64,000 nt of DNA, taken from assembly GCA_963823555.1 (NCBI GenBank), contig CAWGMA010000002.1, positions 64,001 to 128,000 of the forward strand, in the 5' to 3' direction. A program made the position numbers and the translations under genes. Position 1 is the stretch's first letter. Every line of letters starts with the position of its first letter. Positions 21,276 to 29,591 of the stretch are shown here, piece after piece. The DNA comes from Candidatus Eiseniibacteriota bacterium. GTDB taxonomy: Bacteria; Eisenbacteria; RBG-16-71-46; CAVPCR01. The notes under the pieces were generated by a model, which was not told where the DNA came from, did no database searches, and worked only from the letters and a program-made list of their open reading frames with translations.

Positions 21276-22173
21276 ACCAGAGCGCTTCCGTGGCTGTTTG
21301 CTTGGCTTGGCCGTGGGCGACGCGCTGGGAGTGACTCTCGAGTTCTCCACGCGTGGATTCGCCCAGCTGACGGACATGGTCGGCGGCGGACCGTTCGATC
21401 TCCGTCCTGGTCAGTGGACGGATGACACCTCGATGGCGCTGTGCCTGGCGGTGAGCCTGCTCGAGAAGAACGGCTTCAATGCCGAGGATCAGATGCAGCG
21501 CTACTGCCGGTGGTGGGAAGGCGGGTACCTGAGCTCGACCGGCACCTGCTTCGACATCGGCGCCACGGTGACGGCCGCTCTCCGTCGCTACCTGGACACC
21601 GGTGAGGCCTTCGCCGGGTCGAGCGAGAAACGATCCGCCGGCAACGGCTCCATCATGCGTCTGGCACCCGTTCCCATGTTCTACTACCCGGATGAGGACG
21701 CAGCCGTCGCTCATGCCGCGGAGAGCTCGCGTACCACGCACGCTCATCCCGAGTGCCTGGATGCGTGCCGTCTCCTCGCCGGGATCATCCTCCGCGCGCT
21801 GGCCGGTCGCAGCAAGGAAGAAGTCCTTCTCGGAGCCGCCGGCACCTTCAGTGGGGCACCGAAGATCGTTGGCCTGGCCCGCGGCGAGTACCGGGACAAG
21901 GCCTACGAGCGGATCAACGGTTCGGGTTACGTGGTCGAGAGCCTGGAGGCGGCGCTGTGGTGCTTCGCGCACGCGGATCACTTCGAGGACGCGGTGCTCG
22001 CCGCGGTGAACCTGGCCGACGACTCCGATACGACAGGAGCGGTTTGCGGGCAGATCGCCGGGGCGTTCTACGGCGAGGCGGAAATTCCTGCGAAATGGCT
22101 CGAGCGCCTGGCGATGCGGGAGCTGATCGCCGACCTCGCGGATCGCCTCCATGCCGCGCATCCGGGCGGGTGA
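21268..22173 (+). CDS. ADP-ribosylglycohydrolase (DraG/ARH family)
   Basis: GLAVGDALG, WTDDTSMA, AGNGSIMR, DDSDTTGAV. Confidence 0.92.
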   Translation: MTEPERFRGCLLGLAVGDALGVTLEFSTRGFAQLTDMVGGGPFDLRPGQWTDDTSMALCLAVSLLEKNGFNAEDQMQRYCRWWEGGYLSSTGTCFDIGATVTAALRRYLDTGEAFAGSSEKRSAGNGSIMRLAPVPMFYYPDEDAAVAHAAESSRTTHAHPECLDACRLLAGIILRALAGRSKEEVLLGAAGTFSGAPKIVGLARGEYRDKAYERINGSGYVVESLEAALWCFAHADHFEDAVLAAVNLADDSDTTGAVCGQIAGAFYGEAEIPAKWLERLAMRELIADLADRLHAAHPGG

Positions 22174-22228
22174 TCCCCGCCTCCCGGCGTCGGACAGACG
22201 CGGACGTGTGGAGCCCGGATACCCGGGC

Positions 22229-23026
22229 CTACTCCTTCTTGTTCTCGGCGTTCCGCACCAGCATCTCCGCCTGCTGGACCATGGCCCCCGGAAGCACGTG
22301 CAGCGAGTCGAGGGACTCGACCTGGGGAACCACGATGTCCACCGTCGCCGGCGGCAGCCCGGCATAGGGGTCCGCGGCCTGGGCGAGCGAGGCCCGGGCG
22401 CGGGCCTGCTTGTCCGGCGGCATCGTGGCGATGATCGACGTGTCGGCGAGCACATGGGAGATCATGTTGGCTCTTCGCCAGCGCCGGAGGACATCCTCGA
22501 CCGTGGCGCTGACCTCCTGGTAGCGGGTGAGCTCCATGTCGGCCGCCTCCGCCCCGGCAGCTTGCCGCGCCGGCGTGTCCCGCAGCTGCGTCAGGACAGC
22601 CCGGCCCGCGTCCATGTCCGGGGCCGACATCAGATCACTCATCAGGGATTCGGCGTGGGCGATCTCGGCGCTCTGGCCGCGCCGGTAGGCTTCGACATCG
22701 GATCGGGTGATCGCGATCGGGGCCGCCGGCGTCGGGCTCTCGCCGGTCGTCGCGGCATCCGGGGCCGCATCGGATGCCGCGGTGCCGCCTGCGGCAGCGG
22801 GGTCGGCCGGCTCCCCCGCTGCGGGCTGGATCAGGTCCGCCTCGCTGCCGGCGTTCGCGGTGGTTTCCGGCGCCTGGCCGGCGTGGGAGGTGGCCTGAGC
22901 GTCTTCCCCCGCCGTTCCTGGAGCGGTGTCATCCTTCTTGCCACAGCCGTCCATCGCCAGAATCGAGATCAGAATCACAGCTCCCACGACCGCGCGCGGT
23001 CGCCGGCCGAACCGGATCGTCATCAT
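22229..23026 (-). CDS. Hypothetical lipoprotein with Ala/Pro-rich linker
   Basis: ATGA overlap with pfk stop, GGAGG RBS, hydrophobic stretch ending in GC-GKK. Confidence 0.65.
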   Translation of the reverse strand: MMTIRFGRRPRAVVGAVILISILAMDGCGKKDDTAPGTAGEDAQATSHAGQAPETTANAGSEADLIQPAAGEPADPAAAGGTAASDAAPDAATTGESPTPAAPIAITRSDVEAYRRGQSAEIAHAESLMSDLMSAPDMDAGRAVLTQLRDTPARQAAGAEAADMELTRYQEVSATVEDVLRRWRRANMISHVLADTSIIATMPPDKQARARASLAQAADPYAGLPPATVDIVVPQVESLDSLHVLPGAMVQQAEMLVRNAENKKE

Positions 23027-24357
23027 TCCCTCCATACCCCACGATACTCGCCGATCGGGTCCACGCGCGTTTCGAGGAAGCGAGCGAGCCGGTAGAAATC
23101 GCTTCCCGGACGGATGAAACGCACCTGGGTGACCAGAGTCTCCGGGTTCACCAGCTTGTTGAATGGGACGTAGACCAGGTCGAGCTGCCCGGCCACGCTC
23201 ACCATGTGGCCATCGAGGTTCTCCTCGATGAGAGCCCGGTAGGCGCCGATTCCGAGCTGGCTCCCCAGCATGACGTCGAAGGCATGGGGTAGGGCACAGC
23301 GCGCCTCGTAGCCCAGCTGCATGCCGTTGATCTTCCGCTTCTTGCCCGTTCGCTTCTCGTATTCCTCGGTGACCAGGCGGGCCACCAGCTTGCCGAGGTC
23401 GAGCTTGCCAATCGAGATGTGTCCGTGCTCATCGCGCGCCAGGCCCTTGACGAGGCTCTCGGGCATCAGCTCGCCGAGACCCTCGGCGAGGACGACCACG
23501 CCGTAGTGCTTGCCCTCATTCCGCTCACGGCTCAGGATGAGCGCGATGATGCGATCGACGAGCGCCTCGAGGCGGAGCCGCCGCTCGCGGCGTTTCGTTC
23601 CGCTCTGCGGATCGATGATCTCTTCCTCATAGATCCAGTCGTTCTCGATGTCCTCGACGCTGATGATGAGATTGGCCTCCCCGGCGATCCCCACGCCGTA
23701 GGACAGCCAGCCCGCCTTGCGCCCCATGGATTCGACAATGAAGTAGGAGGATGTCGCTGCGGCATCGGCCCGGAGGTTCTTGAGCTCCTTGGCCATGACA
23801 TCGACGGCGGTGAAGAAACCGAAGGTGAAATCGATGCCCTCGTAGTCGTTGTCGATGGTCTTCGGCAGGTGAATGATGTGCACCCGGCGGGCGCTGGGCG
23901 GGAATCGGCGCTGGTATTCGTGGAAGTAATTGGCGGTCTTCAGGGTGTCGTCACCGCCGATGGTGATGACGGCGTCGACATGGAGATCGACGAATGCCTG
24001 ATAGATGTTGTGAACGAGGGCTGTCTTCTGCGGGTCGGCGAGGTCTCCGGGGTTCTTGATCTGCTTGCCGGGATTGGCGCGCGAGGTGCCGATGATGACG
24101 CCCTGCGTGTTGCGGATGCCGGTGACGTCCCCGAGAGTGAAATGCCGATAGTGCTCGTCGCGAACGAGCGGGTTGTGGGCCGGGTGGTAGTGCTGGAGAT
24201 TCTCGAAACCGTTCAGGATGCCCAGGACGTCGCGCCCGTCATCGAGAAAGCTGATGGCGCTCGATGAGATGACGGCGTTTGCGGCCGGTGCCGGACCGCC
24301 GGAGAAGACGATGGCGACGCGGCGGATGCGGTCGCCTTTCTTGAGCGGCTGCTCCAT
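23023..24357 (-). CDS. pfp: 6-phosphofructokinase, probably PPi-dependent
   Basis: GGPAPAAN, GGDDT, PKTIDND, MGRKAG; GGDD + K signature of PPi-type enzymes. Confidence 0.85.
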   Translation of the reverse strand: MEQPLKKGDRIRRVAIVFSGGPAPAANAVISSSAISFLDDGRDVLGILNGFENLQHYHPAHNPLVRDEHYRHFTLGDVTGIRNTQGVIIGTSRANPGKQIKNPGDLADPQKTALVHNIYQAFVDLHVDAVITIGGDDTLKTANYFHEYQRRFPPSARRVHIIHLPKTIDNDYEGIDFTFGFFTAVDVMAKELKNLRADAAATSSYFIVESMGRKAGWLSYGVGIAGEANLIISVEDIENDWIYEEEIIDPQSGTKRRERRLRLEALVDRIIALILSRERNEGKHYGVVVLAEGLGELMPESLVKGLARDEHGHISIGKLDLGKLVARLVTEEYEKRTGKKRKINGMQLGYEARCALPHAFDVMLGSQLGIGAYRALIEENLDGHMVSVAGQLDLVYVPFNKLVNPETLVTQVRFIRPGSDFYRLARFLETRVDPIGEYRGVWRE

Positions 24358-24404
24358 ACGGAAGGGAACTCCTTTCCACCATCCAGGGGCAGGGTCGGCC
24401 AGCG

Positions 24405-24707
24405 CTAGGTCCGCTGGCGGATCTCATCCTTCTTGCCTTCGGCTCGTTCGCGGATACGGCGCACCTCGACGGCTAGTTCGTCACGCAGCCGCACCGCATC
24501 CTCGGCATTGCCCGCCGCGAGCGCGGCCTGAATGCGTGATTTGGACAGGATCTCCTGTTCGGCGATCTTGGCCTGCATCTCGCGATCGATGGCCGCTATC
24601 TCTTGCTTCTGCTCTTCGGTGAGCGGCGGCCCGGCGCTGTCAGATTGGGCAAAGCGCTCCATGGCCAGCTCGTAGGCGCTCTTCATCGGCTTCTCGTCGC
24701 CCGCCAT
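24405..24707 (-). CDS. Small conserved hypothetical coiled-coil protein
   Basis: AAGGAG RBS; MKSAYELAMER...LTEEQKQEIA. Confidence 0.7.
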   Translation of the reverse strand: MAGDEKPMKSAYELAMERFAQSDSAGPPLTEEQKQEIAAIDREMQAKIAEQEILSKSRIQAALAAGNAEDAVRLRDELAVEVRRIRERAEGKKDEIRQRT

Positions 24708-24849
24708 TCCTAGTCTCCTTGGTCGCGATCTCGGCGGCTGCCGCCGGCGCGTTCGCCCGCGCCCCGCGCCGCCGCTCCATCCAGGATTCGGATGCTACTA
24801 TAGCGCGTTGGCCGCCGCCGTCGCGCGGTACTCCATCCTGGCGGGAGGA

Positions 24850-26538
24850 ATGATGCCTGGTCATCCACGCTACCATCCGGACCGCTTCTATCGCTACGCC
24901 GAGCTCGTCCAGTTTCTGCGCGCCGTCCACCGGGCTCACCCCCGACTCACCCGTCTCAGCTCGATCGGCAAGAGCTATCAGGGGCGGGATCTCCATGTCA
25001 TCGAGATCTCCCAGCGGGACCGCGGACGTCCCGAGGAGAAACCGGCCTACTGGATCGACGCCAATATCCACGCCACGGAGCTGACCGGCTCGGCGACCGC
25101 GCTCTATACCATCGACTACTTGACCCGCCGCTATGGTGCCGATCCCGAGATCACCGAGCTCCTCGATACGCGCACGATCTACATCCTGCCCCGTCTTTCG
25201 CCCGACGGTGCCGAGCACTGCCTCACCACCGGGGAGTACGTTCGCTCGAGCGTGAGACCGTTTCCCTACGATGACATGCCCGAGGGGCTTCGTCCTGCCG
25301 ATATCGACGGTGATGGCGAGATCGTGCAGATGCGGGTCCCCGATCCCCTTGGCGAATGGACGGTCTCGGCCAAGGACCCACGGCTCATGCGCCGCCGTCG
25401 CCCGGGCGAGTCGAACGGGGAATTCTACCGCCTCCTCCGCGAGGGAGTGTTCGAGCGCTTCGACGGTTTCCACCAGCCCGTGCCCGCTTCGCGCTACGGG
25501 CTGGACCTCAATCGCAACTGGCCCTACAACTGGGCGCCATCACACCGGCAGCGCGGGGCCGGCCCGATGCCGCTTTCAGAGCCGGAAACGCGCGCGGTGG
25601 CCGATTTCATCGTCGCTCATCGCAACATCACGGGGGTCACGACCTTTCATACCTTCTCGGGCGTGATCATCCGACCTTACTCCGATCGGCCCGACAAGGA
25701 AATGCCAGTCCATGACCGGCTGGCCTTCGAGGCCATCGCCCAGCGCGGCGCCCGCCTCTCCGGCTACCCGCTGGTCTCCTGCTACCACAAGTTCACGTAC
25801 GAAGAGGGGAAGCCGATCGTCGGAGTCTTCGACGACTGGGCCTACGACCATCGCGGTGTCTTCACCTACACGATCGAGCTCTGGAGCCCGGCCCATGCGG
25901 CCGGAGTCGAGGTCAAGGACTACATCGCCTTCCTGAAAGAGCTCCCGGAAGACGACATGCTCAAGTTCCTCAAGTGGAACGACGAAACGCTCGCCGGCGA
26001 GGGATTCCGGGACTGGAGGCCCTTCCGCCACCCGCAGCTCGGACCTGTGGAGATCGGCGGCTGGCGCTGGCTCCATGTCTGGTCGAATCCGCCGCGGCAA
26101 ATGCTCGAGGAGGTCTGCCGCGCCAACATGTACTTCACGCTGGTGCACGCCGCTTCCTCGCCCTGCCTCCGCATCGCCGAGTTCACGGCGATGGAGCTGG
26201 CGCCCGGACTGCGTAAGGTCACCGTGGTCGTCGAGAACACCGGATACCTGCCCACCCATGTGAGCCAGATCGCGCTCGACCGCCATCTGGTGCGGCCGGT
26301 CGTCGTGGATCTCGCGCTGGCGCGCGGCGCGGAGCTCCTGATCGGCAAGCAGCGAACCGAGATCGGTCACCTCGCCGGGACCGGCCTCATCGACGAGTGG
26401 GAATCCTCACGCTTCACCGATGGCATCTCGCGGGGGAATCGCGCCCGCGTCGAATGGCTCGTGCGCGGGGACGGACCGCTCGCGGTCGAGGTGAAGAGCG
26501 AGCGGGCCGGCGTCATGCGCGCTCTGATCGGCGGCTGA
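24850..26538 (+). CDS. M14 family zinc carboxypeptidase
   Basis: GGAGG RBS; IHATE (HxxE), PDGAE, DLNRNWP, SEPETRA, FHTFSG, YTIELW. Confidence 0.9.
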   Translation: MMPGHPRYHPDRFYRYAELVQFLRAVHRAHPRLTRLSSIGKSYQGRDLHVIEISQRDRGRPEEKPAYWIDANIHATELTGSATALYTIDYLTRRYGADPEITELLDTRTIYILPRLSPDGAEHCLTTGEYVRSSVRPFPYDDMPEGLRPADIDGDGEIVQMRVPDPLGEWTVSAKDPRLMRRRRPGESNGEFYRLLREGVFERFDGFHQPVPASRYGLDLNRNWPYNWAPSHRQRGAGPMPLSEPETRAVADFIVAHRNITGVTTFHTFSGVIIRPYSDRPDKEMPVHDRLAFEAIAQRGARLSGYPLVSCYHKFTYEEGKPIVGVFDDWAYDHRGVFTYTIELWSPAHAAGVEVKDYIAFLKELPEDDMLKFLKWNDETLAGEGFRDWRPFRHPQLGPVEIGGWRWLHVWSNPPRQMLEEVCRANMYFTLVHAASSPCLRIAEFTAMELAPGLRKVTVVVENTGYLPTHVSQIALDRHLVRPVVVDLALARGAELLIGKQRTEIGHLAGTGLIDEWESSRFTDGISRGNRARVEWLVRGDGPLAVEVKSERAGVMRALIGG

Positions 26539-26545
26539 GGGCGGG

Positions 26546-26920
26546 CTATGCCAGCCGCACCTTGATCCGGCCGACCGCCGCGACCACCCGGAGCAGGGTC
26601 GGGTCATCGACGAGGCGACCGACCGGGTTGACCTCACTGGCCGGGACCGGGCGGTCTCCCCCGCTTGCCGGCGTCGGTCCGTAGAAGATCGCGAGCGCCT
26701 TTCCCTCCGGCCAGTAGCCGAGATCGCCGACGCTCACCGTGAGCGTGCTGGTCTCGTCGATCGGCATGTCGACGGCAATCGGGAAGTAGTACTCATCTCC
26801 CCAGGTGGAGAATTCGCAGTCGATCGGCAATGCCTTGGCGATGGCCTTGGCGGTCGGCGTGTCCGAGAGCTCGGCCCTGAGCTTGAGGTTCCCGACCTCG
26901 ATGACGATGGGCGTGGACAT
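26546..26920 (-). CDS. Cyclophilin-like fold protein (TM1367-like)
   Basis: TPTA..I..ALP, WGDEYYF, GDLGYWPEG.ALAIFYGPTP. Confidence 0.85.
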   Translation of the reverse strand: MSTPIVIEVGNLKLRAELSDTPTAKAIAKALPIDCEFSTWGDEYYFPIAVDMPIDETSTLTVSVGDLGYWPEGKALAIFYGPTPASGGDRPVPASEVNPVGRLVDDPTLLRVVAAVGRIKVRLA

Positions 26921-27157
26921 GGCTGCATCGTATCAGGGGCTCACGGTCGTGTCATGCCGTTCCCCCCCGGGACTCGTGCACGGAAGCGCGCGTTGCAGAA
27001 TGCGCGCCGTGCCGCCTGGAGGTCCCAAGGCCTTCGGAGCGCGGCACTTGAAAGCGGGCAACAAGCCATGTCCGCCGGTACGCGTCTTGCACGAGTTGCT
27101 GCGTCGGCCCGCATCCGGTCACGATACGGCCGGTTTCATCACGCCGGTGAGTTTCCC

Positions 27158-27685
27158 ATGCCCCATTCCTCATCACGCATCACGAGTCGAACCTGCGCGA
27201 CGGGTCACGCACGTCGAGCGGGGCTCGATGCCGGTCGACTCGCTCTCGCTGCCCTGAGCCTGGTCGCGCTGGGCTGCGCTTCGCCACCTGAGGGTGCGAC
27301 CTCCACCCGCGAGGCGGGAACACAGACTCCGGCGAACTGGGACCCGCCATCCTCGGCGCCGCCGCATGGTTATGGTGCCGTCCGGGGCCGGGTGCTTCCG
27401 GAAGGAGTGGAGGCGATCGTCCATCTTCGCCCCGAAGGCGACTCCGCCCGGGGGCGCACCCAGACCTTCTCGGACCCGACGACCGGCGAGTTTGCCGCCG
27501 ATGATCTCCCGACGAGCGTCTATCACGTCGAGGTTCGTCCTCTCGATCCCGTGTTCGAGGCGCGCTTCTTCAGTGGTGTCGTGGTGCCCTGGGACGGTGT
27601 CAGCGATCTGGGGACGGTCGATTTCAGACGGGGGGCCGCCGAACCGGCGGGAGACTCGTCGGATGCGGCTCGACCCGACCCCTAG
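27158..27685 (+). CDS. Lipoprotein with carboxypeptidase-regulatory-like beta domain
   Basis: LVALGC lipobox; GAVRGRVLP...GEF...LP...Y.V; start uncertain. Confidence 0.55.
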   Translation: MPHSSSRITSRTCATGHARRAGLDAGRLALAALSLVALGCASPPEGATSTREAGTQTPANWDPPSSAPPHGYGAVRGRVLPEGVEAIVHLRPEGDSARGRTQTFSDPTTGEFAADDLPTSVYHVEVRPLDPVFEARFFSGVVVPWDGVSDLGTVDFRRGAAEPAGDSSDAARPDP

Positions 27686-27749
27686 CCTTCTTCCTCCGTT
27701 CCCGCTCGGGGCCCTTCCATCCCGCCACGCGCCGACGTACGCTCCCGGC

Positions 27750-28100
27750 ATGAAGGAACACGGTCACGGGGACGAGCCCGCTCCGGGTGAGCCGGATGCC
27801 ATGGATGAAGGGCCCGGGACACTGGACGATGCCGTCGAGATCCCGATCGAGGACGCTCTCGATCTTCATCTGTTCAGTCCACGAGATGTGAAGCCCGTCG
27901 TCGAGGAGTATCTCTACCAGTGCCGGGCGCGTGGCCTTGCCGAGGTGAGGATCATCCACGGGCGCGGGACCGGCACGCAGCGCGAGATCGTGCGCGCCAC
28001 GCTGTCGCGGAGCGCTCACGTGGTGTCGTTTGCCGATGCCCCCGCCGAGCGCGGCGGCTGGGGGGCCACCGTCGTCAGGCTGCGAGCGGGATCTCCGTGA
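27750..28100 (+). CDS. Stand-alone Smr-domain protein
   Basis: LDLH.F, VRIIHGRGTG, GGWGATVV. Confidence 0.88.
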   Translation: MKEHGHGDEPAPGEPDAMDEGPGTLDDAVEIPIEDALDLHLFSPRDVKPVVEEYLYQCRARGLAEVRIIHGRGTGTQREIVRATLSRSAHVVSFADAPAERGGWGATVVRLRAGSP

Positions 28101-28164
28101 AGCCCTGCGGTCGATCCGGAGGCGCCGTCGGCTCGATTCCAGTGCCGCGCTCTAGGGGGCTTGG

Positions 28165-29514
28165 ATGAGCGCACGTTCCATTCTCTATGCGGCCGTGATC
28201 GTGCTCGCGCTGGCCACGGCCGGGATGCTGGCGCGGATCGAGCCGTTCGGGAGCTGGTACTACCTCTTCGCCTGGTACGCGACGATCGTGATCGCCGATG
28301 CCTGGACGCATCAGCGCCAGCGGCGCGAGCCGCTCTTGATCGTCCGTCCGGCGGTCATGATCTCCCTCTTCGCCTGGTCGGCTGTCATCTGGTTCAGCTT
28401 CGAGCTGTGGAATCTGCGGCTCGAGAACTGGTACTACGTGAATGTCCCCGACGCCCGCTGGCTGCGCTGGGCGGGCACCATCCTCGCTTTCGCCACGGTC
28501 CTTCCCGGGCTCTTCTTCGTGACCCGCCTCCTCGGTACCTTCGGTGTCGGCGCTGGCGTCCGCACCCGACCCTTCCGCTTGAAGCCCGTGCACCTCTGGA
28601 TGCTCGTCGGTCTGGGCGCGATCTCGGTCCTTCTCGTTCTCGTCTGGCCGCGCACGTATTTCCCCCTGGTATGGGGCATCGCCTTCTTTCTCATCGCGCC
28701 GCTCAATCATCGCTTCAGTCAGCGCGGTCTCTTGCGGGAGATCGCGGCCGGCAAGTGGGGTCTGCCGCTCCGCCTCCTCCTCGCCGGCGCCATCTGCGGG
28801 TTCCTGTGGGAGCTCTTCAACATCAGTGCCCGGGCCAAGTGGATCTACACGGTGCCCGGCTTCGAGGAACTCAAGCTGTTCGAGATGCCGGTGCTGGGAT
28901 TCCTGGGGTTCCCGCCCTTTGCCCTGGAGTGCTACGAGATGTATCGCGCGGTGGTGATGGTCGGTCTGGCCCGGGACTGGGAGTCGGGCCCGCCGGCTGA
29001 TCGCTCTCCCCTGGGGTCAGCTCCCACCCGCACGCATCCAGTCGCCGCGGTGCTCATCGCGCCGGCGATGATCGCATTCTGCATCTTGAGCCTCGGACTC
29101 ATGGACCAGAGGACCGTGGACTCGATGATTCCCCGTCCCGCTGATCTCACCCTGGTCGCGGCCCGACCCGAGCTCGGCGCGCGTATCGCCGAGCTCGGTA
29201 TCCGTGATGTGGCGAAGCTGGAGAAGTTGCTCGAGCAAGGCGACTCGGCGGAGCGCCTGGGCGTCTCTCCCGAGATGCGGGCGCGACTCGACGCGCAGGT
29301 GGAGCTCGTGTTGCTCCGTGGTATCGGGACGGCGAACGCAAGTCGTCTGGCCGCGGTCGGGGTCAATGACGTCGCCGAGCTGGCGCGCACCGATGCCGCG
29401 GGGCTCGAGGGCTGGATGCGGGCGGCGGATCCGCAATTCGAGCCGCGTCCGGCCCGGCTCCGCGTCTGGATCCGGGCCGCCCAGGAACGGATGGCGGCGA
29501 GCGGCGTCCGCTAG
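28165..29514 (+). CDS. Multi-pass membrane protein with C-terminal DUF4332/HhH-like domain
   Basis: About 9 hydrophobic segments; C-terminal LRGIG...A.RL...GV..V.ELA. Confidence 0.7.
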   Translation: MSARSILYAAVIVLALATAGMLARIEPFGSWYYLFAWYATIVIADAWTHQRQRREPLLIVRPAVMISLFAWSAVIWFSFELWNLRLENWYYVNVPDARWLRWAGTILAFATVLPGLFFVTRLLGTFGVGAGVRTRPFRLKPVHLWMLVGLGAISVLLVLVWPRTYFPLVWGIAFFLIAPLNHRFSQRGLLREIAAGKWGLPLRLLLAGAICGFLWELFNISARAKWIYTVPGFEELKLFEMPVLGFLGFPPFALECYEMYRAVVMVGLARDWESGPPADRSPLGSAPTRTHPVAAVLIAPAMIAFCILSLGLMDQRTVDSMIPRPADLTLVAARPELGARIAELGIRDVAKLEKLLEQGDSAERLGVSPEMRARLDAQVELVLLRGIGTANASRLAAVGVNDVAELARTDAAGLEGWMRAADPQFEPRPARLRVWIRAAQERMAASGVR

Positions 29515-29535
29515 CATCCATCGCGGGCAAGAAGG

Positions 29536-29566
29536 AGGGGGTGATACGCATCGCGTATCACCCCCT
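29536..29566. terminator. Hairpin between convergent genes (bidirectional terminator candidate)
   Basis: 14-bp stem AGGGGGTGATACGC-atc-GCGTATCACCCCCT. Confidence 0.7.
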
Positions 29567-29591
29567 TCGATTCGTTCGTTGCCGGCAGCTG

